Source of the DNA: Candidatus Dojkabacteria bacterium
GTDB taxonomy: Bacteria > Patescibacteriota > Dojkabacteria > SC72
Direction of reading: 5' to 3'
DNA: 64,000 nucleotides
Assembly (NCBI GenBank): GCA_016182915.1
Contig: JACPFP010000003.1
Span: 251,685-315,684 of the forward strand
Below the pieces are notes generated by a model, which ran no database searches, was not told the DNA's origin, and saw only the letters and a list, made by a program, of their open reading frames with translations. A program made the translations under genes and the position numbers. Of the stretch, positions 38,186 to 48,771 are shown piece after piece. The first letter of the stretch is position 1. The number at the start of each line of letters is the position of its first letter.

Positions 38186-39950
38186 TCTCATAAAGGAGAT
38201 CACCGTTAGAATTAGACCTCAGCTTTAGTTGTGTAGTTACGTAAACTATTCGCACTTTTGTGCTGAAAGGGATATATAGATATTTAAGAGTGGGGTACTT
38301 ATCTACGATATCATCAAGCAAAATTTCTCTTGAGTATTGTAACGGGCTTAGGTCTATGTAATCCAAGTTTGAGACCCCTCCTTTTCTAAAGAGAACGTCT
38401 TCACTTCCTAAAAAGGTCCAAAGACTATCTAAGTATCCGACATTTAAAATAGCCCCTTTATCGTAAGACGACAGTTTAGCGATTACTTCCAAGTCTGATG
38501 TATCACCAAAAACTCCAAATCCGCTATAGCCAAGATATTTTGAAGACAGGTAAGGATCCACTGTTGTAATTATTTGGTTCGGGTAGTTAAGTCTCCCAAC
38601 CTGTATGAATAGGCATAACAAAACAACAAATGCTGTGATTGCAAATCTTCCAACTTTTATCGATATGAAACCTAATATTGTATATGTCACAATAATAATA
38701 GGAATCGTAGTTATATAGAAATATAGTAGATTACGTGAAAGGGAAATGAAGAGTGCATCATAAGGTGCCACCCCAACAAATATATATGCTATATTTGCTA
38801 AAATATGAAAGTAGACAATTGTAGATTCGAGACTATTTAACTTGATTCTCTTCGTAACTAAATAAAGATAAAAAAGAGAGCTCGTGATTGCGAAGAAAAA
38901 CCCATTCCAGGTAAACATTGGATTCACTATAAACATAGCGATGAAATTTACAAGCAATCCTGTTATCCATATAAGGACTGATATTACTGGCTTACCAATA
39001 AAGTTAAGAATCGTTAATCTTAAATATTTCAAGAAGATTTCCTTGATAATTATGAAAGAGCTGATAAATAAGAGATACCAATGGTAAAATCCTAACCTAC
39101 TGAGAGCAAAATAGAGTGGAATGGAAACTATAAGAGAAACCATTTCAACTATAAACCATTTATTTAAAGATTTCTTTTTTTTCTCGAAAAGTCGATATAG
39201 GGAAGAGAAAGCAATAAGAACAATGAAAGTTATGCTATGACTATATAATGAGCCTACAAGGAGAATGAGATACCAGACTACTTGATCAGTTGGAGAAAGT
39301 TTTTCTTTATACATCAGAAATACGAGGAGAGAAAGGATTAAGACAGTCCCGAGATTATGTGTGATAGCGCCGTTTATTATATTATTATAAAAAGAGGGAT
39401 GTAGAATCAAAATTGAAAGTGCTAAGAGGAGATTTATATTACGAGTTAGTTTGGTGAAGAGTAAAGTGCCCCAGTATACGAATTCCATAACAAAAACGTA
39501 CTGCATTACTAGGAAAGTATCTATTAATCCCAACTTTGTGATGTCGTTAAAAGCGGACATTATTACATGCAAACTTTGAGGGTAAGGCTCCGTTAAATCT
39601 TTTGATGTCACCATAAATAGATGTAGAGCAGAATCTGCTCCTGGCGGAACTGAGTATCTTGTCAGCAATGATATATAAACAATAGCGACAATAATCAAGA
39701 AAAAGTAGGGTAATAAAGAAGTATTCCCTACATTATTGGGAGGCTTTGGTATCTGTAAGCTCCAAGAAAAAATTAGAATGAGTATTGATATCACCAACCA
39801 TATACTAATATCGTAAGAAAAGAGAAAATAGCTTATGGAACCGACTGACAGGAGGACAATCATAGGAGTGAAAAGAAATGTGCCCCGTCTTAATGAGACC
39901 CAAAGCAAGAACATATATATAAAAGTTATGATAATTAATGCAGTTAGCAT
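38169..39950 (-). CDS. Polytopic membrane protein, GT-C-like glycosyltransferase/polymerase
   Basis: More than 12 TM segments; first loop PPGADSALH...YP..LH; located in the glycan cluster. Confidence 0.6.
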   Translation of the reverse strand: MLTALIIITFIYMFLLWVSLRRGTFLFTPMIVLLSVGSISYFLFSYDISIWLVISILILIFSWSLQIPKPPNNVGNTSLLPYFFLIIVAIVYISLLTRYSVPPGADSALHLFMVTSKDLTEPYPQSLHVIMSAFNDITKLGLIDTFLVMQYVFVMEFVYWGTLLFTKLTRNINLLLALSILILHPSFYNNIINGAITHNLGTVLILSLLVFLMYKEKLSPTDQVVWYLILLVGSLYSHSITFIVLIAFSSLYRLFEKKKKSLNKWFIVEMVSLIVSIPLYFALSRLGFYHWYLLFISSFIIIKEIFLKYLRLTILNFIGKPVISVLIWITGLLVNFIAMFIVNPMFTWNGFFFAITSSLFYLYLVTKRIKLNSLESTIVYFHILANIAYIFVGVAPYDALFISLSRNLLYFYITTIPIIIVTYTILGFISIKVGRFAITAFVVLLCLFIQVGRLNYPNQIITTVDPYLSSKYLGYSGFGVFGDTSDLEVIAKLSSYDKGAILNVGYLDSLWTFLGSEDVLFRKGGVSNLDYIDLSPLQYSREILLDDIVDKYPTLKYLYIPFSTKVRIVYVTTQLKLRSNSNGDLLYEIISPK

Positions 39951-39951
39951 A

Positions 39952-42405
39952 TTAATTCGACTTTATTACTAGATTATTTAGGTGAATACCCTCTCTTCCA
40001 TACGATTTTATTTGAATATCCAGCTTCTGACCAGGTACTAACGTAAGAGATTTACGGCTTCCATTAAAATATACTTTACTACACAGTTCTGAAGGTGATG
40101 TAAGCTTTGGTTTAATATACTGGAAAGTTCCGGCATCGGTAGAATAGAAAGTATTAGCATCTTTCATACTTGAATTACTACGGATACTAACTCCAGCAAT
40201 GTTGCTACCCACCAATGGTTGGCTCTCAATTTTTCTACCACCCTCATATAAAGTGAGCCCATCAATGTTTTGGAAGTAAATCTTTATATCCTTCGGTAGA
40301 ATTGTCTCTCCCCTAAGACCTCTTAAAATCACTATGCCAGATGAAACTTCTAAAGAGTCTATACTAACAGAGCCTTTTACTCCCTTCAAAGAAATATTCC
40401 CTCCTAAGTAGTTTTCAAGGTCGTAGAAAGCTCCCTGGAAAATCACGAGATAGTATAACCCCGATGAATCTACCCTACCCTCCAGGGTGAGATCGTTGTT
40501 CTTAACACTCACTTCATAGTCTTGACTAGAATCCCATATAGTTTTATAGGACACAATGTCTCCTTCATATGAGTACAGAGCAACAGTGAGATCCCCACGA
40601 TTGAAGTAACGGTTTGTATCAGTAGAAGATATTTTCACACGGTAGTCATCTTTAAGATACACATAACCTTCTATTCCTCCAAAGTTTCCAAAGAATTTTA
40701 GATTAGTCGGCACACCTAAAGAATTCGGCACTTCAGATGAAATATAGTCTGGAATGACTCCAGAAGCTTTTCGTAAAATCGGATTTATAAAACTAGAAAG
40801 ATTTTCTCCGTAGCAAATGTCTCCCTCAGGGTTAAGCCCTGTATAACTTGCAATCCCGTTATCATAAAATTCCGGAGTTCCTTTTAGATAAGGGGAATAT
40901 AATAGGCCAGGCAGTGTCATCCCGCTAGTAGAAAATTTATAATACACACTAGAATTGATATTTTCATGATCAGAACTTAACGAGGCCTTATCAATCTTGT
41001 AATATTTATCAGCGACCCCTGTAAAATCCCTTCTATTATGAAATACCGTATCTCCAAGATATCTATCTAATTTCATAGTATGAGCAGGATAAATCAAGAA
41101 TGCAAAATCGGATGTTACCATAATAGTCACGATTATTAATGCGGCAACTGAGTATTTTACTAGTGGAGTTAAGTGATTAAAAATGCGAGAAAGGCTTTTG
41201 GCATATCTGATGTAAAGCAAGTACAGCGAGGGTAAAAGAATTGTAGTTAAGACATAGGTAAGGATTATGCTGTAATAAGGAAGGGACTCTAAGAACTGCG
41301 GAAGGAGATACTTATACTCTTCGATAATTTTGAAGAAATCAACAGTGATAGACCCAATCGCAAAATCAGGAAAAAGAAGGGAAAGAATGTAAATGAGTGC
41401 AAAAAGCAGAAAGATAACGGAGTTGGCAGCAAGAAAGAAAATAACGAATCGGTTAAAGGCATTCTTAAGATGAAACCTTTTAGGAATTAATGCATAGATA
41501 AAGGAGAAGGTAATTATCAACCCCGCAATAATAGGTAAAATAGTATCCCATCCAATTGCTTTTGAGTCTGAGAGGAGAGCGATTTTAAGATTTAAGAATT
41601 TTTCTAAAATATCGGAGTCAAGATTGAGAACTGACCTTGAGACCGCAATTACCCTCCCCTTACCTGTTGGTATCTCACAAAGATATGTCCATTCAGCAAT
41701 TGCAAACTCAAGCCCATTGGGACAGTTTAGCGAGATTAAATCCCCTAGTCGCTTAAAACCAAGATCGACAAATGGGTTACCTATTTCATCTGAGATGCTA
41801 TCCGTGTATTTTATTTTTTTATGAGAAATTCCAGCCGATTTATAAGCAGTATCTGAGTAGATAAAGACATTTCCCCCTTTTATTGCAAAGGATTTTGCAA
41901 CATCAAAAGAGTCTTCAGATGAGACATACATTACGTTACCTTTATAAGGAAACTGCGACTCAGCAATTTTTATATTTCCAACCTGGGATGTGCTAAAAGA
42001 AGCTGTCACTCTATATCGTCCTGGATTAATCTTCCATGAGCTAGTAACGGAGCCTATGTACTCAACTTTTTCACCACTCTTTAGATTCTCAAAAATAAAC
42101 ATATCCTCGTCTGAGAGTGGTATATCAGTAATTATCTTTAGGTAGGCCTTTTCCACAACAAGTGAGACAATAACAGTTCCATGGTCATTTGTAAGGTTCG
42201 CCAGAACAGTATCCCCGTCTGTAATAGTGAGGTGCTCAGAACCAAGCAAAGGGTTTAAATATGGAGAAAGGTCATTATATACTGGAAAGATAACAGGGGA
42301 AATCCAGTCAAGATCACGTCCATCCGCAAAAACAGGTGTAAAAGAAATAATGAGAATTGAAAACAGAAATAGTATGTATCGCAATATCTTTAGTATCATT
42401 TTCAC
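39952..42405 (-). CDS. Large membrane protein of unknown function with two extracytoplasmic regions
   Basis: Signal peptide (VFA-D), soluble domain, about 4 TM segments and a large C-terminal domain. Confidence 0.7.
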   Translation of the reverse strand: MKMILKILRYILFLFSILIISFTPVFADGRDLDWISPVIFPVYNDLSPYLNPLLGSEHLTITDGDTVLANLTNDHGTVIVSLVVEKAYLKIITDIPLSDEDMFIFENLKSGEKVEYIGSVTSSWKINPGRYRVTASFSTSQVGNIKIAESQFPYKGNVMYVSSEDSFDVAKSFAIKGGNVFIYSDTAYKSAGISHKKIKYTDSISDEIGNPFVDLGFKRLGDLISLNCPNGLEFAIAEWTYLCEIPTGKGRVIAVSRSVLNLDSDILEKFLNLKIALLSDSKAIGWDTILPIIAGLIITFSFIYALIPKRFHLKNAFNRFVIFFLAANSVIFLLFALIYILSLLFPDFAIGSITVDFFKIIEEYKYLLPQFLESLPYYSIILTYVLTTILLPSLYLLYIRYAKSLSRIFNHLTPLVKYSVAALIIVTIMVTSDFAFLIYPAHTMKLDRYLGDTVFHNRRDFTGVADKYYKIDKASLSSDHENINSSVYYKFSTSGMTLPGLLYSPYLKGTPEFYDNGIASYTGLNPEGDICYGENLSSFINPILRKASGVIPDYISSEVPNSLGVPTNLKFFGNFGGIEGYVYLKDDYRVKISSTDTNRYFNRGDLTVALYSYEGDIVSYKTIWDSSQDYEVSVKNNDLTLEGRVDSSGLYYLVIFQGAFYDLENYLGGNISLKGVKGSVSIDSLEVSSGIVILRGLRGETILPKDIKIYFQNIDGLTLYEGGRKIESQPLVGSNIAGVSIRSNSSMKDANTFYSTDAGTFQYIKPKLTSPSELCSKVYFNGSRKSLTLVPGQKLDIQIKSYGREGIHLNNLVIKSN

Positions 42406-43574
42406 TTGTATATAGACATTATATTCTGAGTAATGGAGTTCCAGGTATAATCCTTAATCACCATTTCAATAGCATGCTTACCATAAAAGTCTTTTTTTGA
42501 AATAGCTTCTACTATAGATTTTGCTATAGACTTTGGTTCTAGAGAGGTCAACAGCCCTGAGTTATAATTAACTATTTCAGGGAAATTACAACCATAGGAA
42601 AGGACTAGTGCACAACCACTAACAGCAGCTTCAAGAACAACCATTGAAAATCCTTCAGCTTCAGATGGGAGGCAAAAAACGTCTGCGTACTTTAGAAGGT
42701 TAACCTTTGCACTTCCTGAAATTGGGCCAATCAACTTTATATTGTTACTAATTTTAGGCTCTTGAGCAAGTCTTATACATTCACCTAAGTATCCATCATC
42801 TGGGCCAGCAATAATAATATTAATCCCCGGGAATTTATCCACTAGATACTTTGAGGCCTCAATAAGCAAATGAGCTCCTTTTATCTTATGGATACGAGCA
42901 AGAAAAAGAACGGTTGGAGACTCTGGATTAAGATTATAATCAGAAATTACCTTATTTTTATCCCTCAAAGTAAGCTCATGAGACAGGAAATCCTCAGCAT
43001 CAACTCCATTTGGGATAACGGTTATCTTTTCGGATTTGAAACCAAGAGATACAAGATTTTTCTTCTCCACCTGGGTAAGAGCGTGAATGGCTCTAAATGA
43101 AGAGGAAAGAGACCTTATTAGCTTTACCAAGATAGATTTAATCCCCTTTCGATACTTAATCCTATCAAGAAGCAGTGAGCCGTGAGGAGTAATTACGGGT
43201 CTAATACCTTTAAGCTTACAAACTAGCAAAGAGAAGATACTAAAAGGATTAAATACACTGTGCAAATGCACAACATCGTACTTCTTTATTCCGTTAAATA
43301 ACCATATTGCATAACGACAACTCCCAGTATAAAGATTAAACCGATTTGCCAAGTAGTTGCTTAGATTCTTAAAATAGTAGACTGTAATACCTTTTAAATT
43401 AGTAGGAGATGAGGACGGTTTATACCGAGTATTTCTGTTGAACACATCTGTTGTTACAACCGTAACCTCATTCCCCTGCTCCAACTGTTTTTTGGAAATA
43501 CTAGAAACGACAGTTACGACACCTCCATAAGAGAATGCTGGCTCAAAGTATGGGGTAATATGAAGAATTCTCAT
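42402..43574 (-). CDS. Glycosyltransferase family 4
   Basis: MRILHITP...YGG, VIPNG, LARI..IKG, EGFSMVVLEA. Confidence 0.93.
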   Translation of the reverse strand: MRILHITPYFEPAFSYGGVVTVVSSISKKQLEQGNEVTVVTTDVFNRNTRYKPSSSPTNLKGITVYYFKNLSNYLANRFNLYTGSCRYAIWLFNGIKKYDVVHLHSVFNPFSIFSLLVCKLKGIRPVITPHGSLLLDRIKYRKGIKSILVKLIRSLSSSFRAIHALTQVEKKNLVSLGFKSEKITVIPNGVDAEDFLSHELTLRDKNKVISDYNLNPESPTVLFLARIHKIKGAHLLIEASKYLVDKFPGINIIIAGPDDGYLGECIRLAQEPKISNNIKLIGPISGSAKVNLLKYADVFCLPSEAEGFSMVVLEAAVSGCALVLSYGCNFPEIVNYNSGLLTSLEPKSIAKSIVEAISKKDFYGKHAIEMVIKDYTWNSITQNIMSIYK

Positions 43575-44377
43575 TATCGCTTTACTATTTTAAGCAGGTA
43601 ATTCCCAAAAACCTTTTTATAATCCTGAAACCGACTCTTTATTAGTAACAGGGGATTAGAAGTATATTTCTTTGTTATAGAGAAGTGTTCATTAATATGT
43701 GAAAATGCCCCAGATCCAGTCTTTGATTCATCATAAAATCTAAAATCAGATAAATAATCCTCAATTAAACCAAGTGGGTACTTAACACCTATCCTACACC
43801 AAAAATCGTAATCAAACGAATAATTTAGACCCGTATTAAAATACCCGATTTCGTCATGTAATGACTTTCTCCAAAAGGTAGAGGGTTGAGATATAAAGTT
43901 ATTTTCAGTTAAAAGTTTTGTATAAGTATAAGACAAAAGTCTTTTGTTTTTATACTTCGTGATAAACTCTCTTGAAAGATCAATATTTCCCTCTCTATCC
44001 ACAATATTGCAAAATCCAGTTAACCATTTATATTCGGGGTTTCCAATAAAAAAGCAAGCTACTTTATCAAGAGCCCCTTGTGTATACCTGTCATCAGCGT
44101 TAAGAAAAGCCACTACATCTCCTGACGCAAGTTTAAGTCCCTTATTAATAGCATCAGCTTGACCGCTATCTTTTTCACTAACAAGGACTATTTTATCTGA
44201 ATACCTTTCTAAAATCTCAAGGGTACCATCTGTAGATTTAGCATCCATTACAATATACTCAAGGACAAAATCCCCATTTTGTGAGAGAACGCTTTTAACG
44301 GTATCCTCTATAAAAGGGACCATATTATAAACAGGAGTTATTATCGAGATTTTCAGCTTACTTTTTAGATTTCCCAT
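43574..44377 (-). CDS. Glycosyltransferase family 2 (WcaE/WfgS-like)
   Basis: SIITPVYN, S.DGT, D.GQADAINKG, LNADD, QPSTF. Confidence 0.93.
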   Translation of the reverse strand: MGNLKSKLKISIITPVYNMVPFIEDTVKSVLSQNGDFVLEYIVMDAKSTDGTLEILERYSDKIVLVSEKDSGQADAINKGLKLASGDVVAFLNADDRYTQGALDKVACFFIGNPEYKWLTGFCNIVDREGNIDLSREFITKYKNKRLLSYTYTKLLTENNFISQPSTFWRKSLHDEIGYFNTGLNYSFDYDFWCRIGVKYPLGLIEDYLSDFRFYDESKTGSGAFSHINEHFSITKKYTSNPLLLIKSRFQDYKKVFGNYLLKIVKR

Positions 44378-45332
44378 ACTTAAGACTTTTTATTTCATAT
44401 AGAATTTTTTCCTGATTATGGAGTAGTCGATCCTGCATATCAGCAAGAAACCCTAAAAGCCAAATAACAAAGGATACAGACAGAATATATATGGAAGCGA
44501 AACCTAGATATTTATACGGGGTAAAAGAGCCTGTTCGAATCCAATGAATAAGTACAAATATGGCGGCAACAAAACCAGTCACAAAAGGGACAAGCCCTAG
44601 AAGGCCAAAGAACTTAAGGGGGGCATAATCTCTAAAGGAACTCATTATTGAAATTCCTGATTGTAAAATGTACTGCAAAATACTCACTACAACCCTCGAC
44701 TTCCTCCCTTTGAAATACTTAACCTCTACGGGAACGAATTCTATATTCATTTTTTTAGAAGCAAGAACCAGGAAGGACTCTTGAGTGTATGTAAACTTCC
44801 CATTTATATTCAAGTTCAATAAAGCCTCTTTTGAGTATGCCCTAAACCCACAGGTCACGTCTGGATACTTTTCTCCTGTAATCGTACTAACCAACCAAGC
44901 CCCCACTCGATTACCAAAATATTTAGCAACAGGCATATTATCTGGTTTAACTGTTTTTCCGGTCTCAGGATTCTCGAACCTATTAGCAGAAACAAAATCT
45001 GCTCGACCAGAGACGATAGGTTCAACCATTGTAGGAATGAATTCTGGAGAGAACTGCAGATCCGCATCTATACTAACAGCAATATCGGCTCCCATATCCA
45101 ATACGGTCTCTATCCCTTTCATATGCGTATATGCCACTTTTTTCTTCCTCTTGTTTTCGATTACTTTTACGCCAAGGTTTCTAGCAATAGCAACCGACTT
45201 ATCAGTACTACCATCATCAACCATCAACAGTTCAATACTATCAATTCCCTCAATCTTCTTTGGCATCCTTTTGAAAAGCTCACTTAAAGTGGCTTCCTCG
45301 TTTTGACAGGGGGTAAAAATTACAAGCTTCAT
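44358..45332 (-). CDS. GT2 polyprenol-phosphate glycosyltransferase (DPM synthase-like) with two C-terminal TMs
   Basis: P..NEE, VDDGSTD, DADLQF, DVTCGFRAY and a C-terminal TM hairpin. Confidence 0.9.
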   Translation of the reverse strand: MKLVIFTPCQNEEATLSELFKRMPKKIEGIDSIELLMVDDGSTDKSVAIARNLGVKVIENKRKKKVAYTHMKGIETVLDMGADIAVSIDADLQFSPEFIPTMVEPIVSGRADFVSANRFENPETGKTVKPDNMPVAKYFGNRVGAWLVSTITGEKYPDVTCGFRAYSKEALLNLNINGKFTYTQESFLVLASKKMNIEFVPVEVKYFKGRKSRVVVSILQYILQSGISIMSSFRDYAPLKFFGLLGLVPFVTGFVAAIFVLIHWIRTGSFTPYKYLGFASIYILSVSFVIWLLGFLADMQDRLLHNQEKILYEIKSLKYGKSKK

Positions 45333-45382
45333 TTAAGGTAAATATTCAGATTATCAATACAGAATATATCATTAAAAAAGGC

Positions 45383-47440
45383 CTAATTAAAGTCCGAGAC
45401 CCTATATAAAAACAACAACTTTTCACCTTTTACATACTGGAGAGGGATAATACCTTCACAGTAGTTACCTAATAAGCCTACTGGGCAAAGTGGAATTGAC
45501 CTGTAATCATAACTATATTTCACAGAAAAATTAGGAATACTCCTCTGCGTAGACATAAAATGCGTTCTATATTTAATTGTATAAACATAACTAATACGAT
45601 TACTTGAAGAAGCCACTTTGTAAGAAGTAAGGAGATAGTACTTATCTATTGAAGATATCTTTCCAAACTCTTCAATATCTCTTAAATTCTCGATAACAAC
45701 GATTTGACCATTATAGAAATATTTCAAAGGAGTCAGCAGAAAACTGTTCGGCCATGAAGGATCCTGTAAATAGAATACTACGGTCTTGGAGTCTATGATG
45801 TTACTAATCGTTTTAAAGGAAGTATCATCAGCTCCATAAGTCTTACCTATTTGCGGGAAAGAAAAAATGAGACTATATACAACCCATAAAGCTATGACAA
45901 GATACCCCAAGATTCTTCTTAATCCAAAAGATGATATCATCTGTGAAATACCAAAGGAGGCAAGAATAATTCCATATGGAATTAACTCAGATACTTGATA
46001 CCGAACAAAATAATAGTGGTGTGGGATAAACTTTAATATAATAATTGAATGCGATAGGAATACTAGAAACAGAACATTAATATATACTAGGAACGGTTTA
46101 CCTAAATATCCTTTGTTCAAAATAAAGTATAAATATCCGATAACTCCTAACGGAGAGACATAAAGGACTAGAGAAAAGAGCGACAGATCCTTTATTGCAG
46201 AAAATCCAGACTCAACTATTTTCCAGAAAGTATCATAAATACTTCCAGAAAAAACATTAGTAAAGCCAAATAAGTACACTAGGATCATCGAGTATATAAC
46301 TAAGCAAGTCAGTATAAATACAGTAAATAGATCTTGTCGTATAAATAGACTTTTTATAATCGAGATATATTTTGGATTCCCTCTTAATGTTCTTTCTCCC
46401 AAGTATATTCCTAGTATGACAAATCCAAAGCATATGATTAGAACCAAATTTAGGATAGAAGTTGACATGAAAAACGACGTTAATAGAGTCGGAATATTTG
46501 TTAGATAGAATAATAACGAAGTAATCCAGAGTGCAGAAAGTCCGAGAAAGAACTTCTGGAAAGCAACTCTATTTATATCTCTATTTTGCATCAAGGAAAG
46601 GTACATAAAAGCGAAAACTGGCATCATAATTACTGAAGTTATTCTGGTGAAAAACGATAGCCCAAACAGTAATACAGATATTAGAAGGGATAAAGACACC
46701 CTATTAGGCCGAACCACGGTTGCTTTATACAAGTAGTAAAATCCTCCTGAAGTAAGGAATAGCATCAATATTTCTGTTACCGGGAAGTTTGAGAAGAATA
46801 TATGCGCAGGATTGATTGCTAGCAAAAGAGCAGATAGATTACCAACAACCCGACTCTTTGTGACACCTCTCGCGAGGAGATAGATATTGAGAATTGATAG
46901 AATAGAGACAAGTGTTAGATATTGAGCCCTATTTCCATCTCCAGCTAAAAAGCCTGTTAATGACATCCATAGAGGATGTAGTGGGTAAAATGAGAATTGA
47001 TAATCGAATTCAGAGTTATCACTACTTTTTAGGGCCGTAACTTTATTGAGGTCGTTCCTTTTGTATAGTTCCTTTTGGTTAGAATTTAACTTATCTAAAA
47101 GAGAGTCCTTTATATATAAACTTTTATTCACCTCATACTGTTTTGACATTGATACATATACCCCCTGATCCTGTCCTCCTTCTAAATACAAGCTAGGAGA
47201 CAACCTGAACCCAGTAGCCAGAATTAGTATGGAAACGAGAATAAAATCTACCTTTATCTTTAAAGGTGAAATCTTAACTTTAGTTAGGATAAGAACAAAA
47301 ATAATACATAGGGAAATTAAAAGCGTAGTACCAGGGGAATATTGCCTCACAGAAAGGAGAATCATTCCGACAACACTAATAACTACAAATGAAAGGAGAA
47401 AGAATTCGTATAGATTAATTGGATACTTTTTGTTTATCAT
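45383..47440 (-). CDS. GT-C fold glycosyltransferase (ArnT/PMT-like)
   Basis: GGQDQGVY loop, YPLHP, A.NP.H.FF....TE and many TM segments. Confidence 0.75.
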   Translation of the reverse strand: MINKKYPINLYEFFLLSFVVISVVGMILLSVRQYSPGTTLLISLCIIFVLILTKVKISPLKIKVDFILVSILILATGFRLSPSLYLEGGQDQGVYVSMSKQYEVNKSLYIKDSLLDKLNSNQKELYKRNDLNKVTALKSSDNSEFDYQFSFYPLHPLWMSLTGFLAGDGNRAQYLTLVSILSILNIYLLARGVTKSRVVGNLSALLLAINPAHIFFSNFPVTEILMLFLTSGGFYYLYKATVVRPNRVSLSLLISVLLFGLSFFTRITSVIMMPVFAFMYLSLMQNRDINRVAFQKFFLGLSALWITSLLFYLTNIPTLLTSFFMSTSILNLVLIICFGFVILGIYLGERTLRGNPKYISIIKSLFIRQDLFTVFILTCLVIYSMILVYLFGFTNVFSGSIYDTFWKIVESGFSAIKDLSLFSLVLYVSPLGVIGYLYFILNKGYLGKPFLVYINVLFLVFLSHSIIILKFIPHHYYFVRYQVSELIPYGIILASFGISQMISSFGLRRILGYLVIALWVVYSLIFSFPQIGKTYGADDTSFKTISNIIDSKTVVFYLQDPSWPNSFLLTPLKYFYNGQIVVIENLRDIEEFGKISSIDKYYLLTSYKVASSSNRISYVYTIKYRTHFMSTQRSIPNFSVKYSYDYRSIPLCPVGLLGNYCEGIIPLQYVKGEKLLFLYRVSDFN

Positions 47441-47873
47441 CAGAAGTATTATAACTTCCCTTCACCTGTCTGTACAATCTCCAACTGTAATATGCCAACG
47501 CAACCATCACAACAACAGACCCCCAACACCATACGCAGAAAGCTCCAATCTTAAAGTATTCTACATACCTAAGATATACTGTATATGAAATACCAAAGAT
47601 AACGCCTAAGAAATACAGGTTAAACAACCCCTTACTCTCCTTCTTAAACAACATCATGGCCATTACAAACATTCCAAAATAGTAGAGGAGACCCCAAAGA
47701 GCTACAGGGATCCCGAGCATATAGGAGTATGGACTTGCATCAACAATATCGCAACCCGAGTTAGGACAGATTACAGATACATTCAGAGCCTTAGAAACAT
47801 ATAAATAGCCAGATAATAATACCCCTACACTAAGCAGGAGTATTATTATTTTTAGAAGCTTACTTCTACTCAT
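47415..47873 (-). CDS. Vitamin K epoxide reductase family protein (DsbB substitute)
   Basis: C....GC..V..S.YS..LGIP...CVWC. Confidence 0.92.
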   Translation of the reverse strand: MSRSKLLKIIILLLSVGVLLSGYLYVSKALNVSVICPNSGCDIVDASPYSYMLGIPVALWGLLYYFGMFVMAMMLFKKESKGLFNLYFLGVIFGISYTVYLRYVEYFKIGAFCVWCWGSVVVMVALAYYSWRLYRQVKGSYNTSDDKQKVSN

Positions 47874-47875
47874 TT

Positions 47876-48712
47876 CTATTTAAGAAGTTTATCCAAAACA
47901 TTTTGGAAATCTGCATATGGATATGCACCTGCAAGAAGTGTTCCTTCAGTTACATTACCCTTACTGTCTAATTTCCCTATAATGAATCCTGGAGTTCCAG
48001 TTACACCTGCAGCGCTACCATCTGTGATATCTGCTTTAATTTCATCTGCAAATTTCTTAGAACTGTAACATGACTTATACTTACTTACATCAGCACCGGC
48101 CTGTTTTGCATAACTTTCCATAGTTGCATCTCCACCAGGTACTCCTTCACCATTAGCAACTGTATTTGTGAAATATAGATCGTGGAATTTGAAGTATGCT
48201 TCGTTACCCTTCTGTTCAAATACACACTGAGCTGCTAAAGCTGCATTAGTTGCCTTAGGATCATGGAAGCTGAGTGGGAAGTCTCTGAATACGAGGATTG
48301 CCTTTCCAGTATCAACATAGTTCTTAACTAAATCTGCATGTGTTTCTGTGAAGTGTCTCTGACAGAATGGACACTCATAATCACTGAACTCAACAATTGC
48401 AACTTTCGCCTTCTTCTTATCTCCTAGGTATGGGTCATCATCAATTGTTATTTTTGCAGTCCCATCTCCGGTTGTTCCAGTATCGTTTCCAGTGTCGGAA
48501 CCTGTATTTGTATCCGTTCCTGTATCTTTTCCGTCATTATTTATACTTGTACCTTTGAGGGTGAAGATAATAGCAAGAGCTATCATCAATCCTGCAATCA
48601 AGATTGAAAAAGGAATAAGGAGCTTATCCATATCAAGAACCATTACGTTCTCTTTCTTCACAGGAGCAGAAACTGCTTCAGGTTTACTAACTTTCTTAGT
48701 GGTCTTAGCCAT
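47876..48712 (-). CDS. dsbA: DsbA-family thiol-disulfide oxidoreductase
   Basis: TM anchor, EFSDYECPFC, RDFPL..H and GTP (cis-Pro loop); adjacent to VKOR. Confidence 0.92.
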   Translation of the reverse strand: MAKTTKKVSKPEAVSAPVKKENVMVLDMDKLLIPFSILIAGLMIALAIIFTLKGTSINNDGKDTGTDTNTGSDTGNDTGTTGDGTAKITIDDDPYLGDKKKAKVAIVEFSDYECPFCQRHFTETHADLVKNYVDTGKAILVFRDFPLSFHDPKATNAALAAQCVFEQKGNEAYFKFHDLYFTNTVANGEGVPGGDATMESYAKQAGADVSKYKSCYSSKKFADEIKADITDGSAAGVTGTPGFIIGKLDSKGNVTEGTLLAGAYPYADFQNVLDKLLK

Positions 48713-48771
48713 TATTTACGTATTTAAGAAATTAAATGTACACACTAGGTTATCGAATACCTTCAATTATG

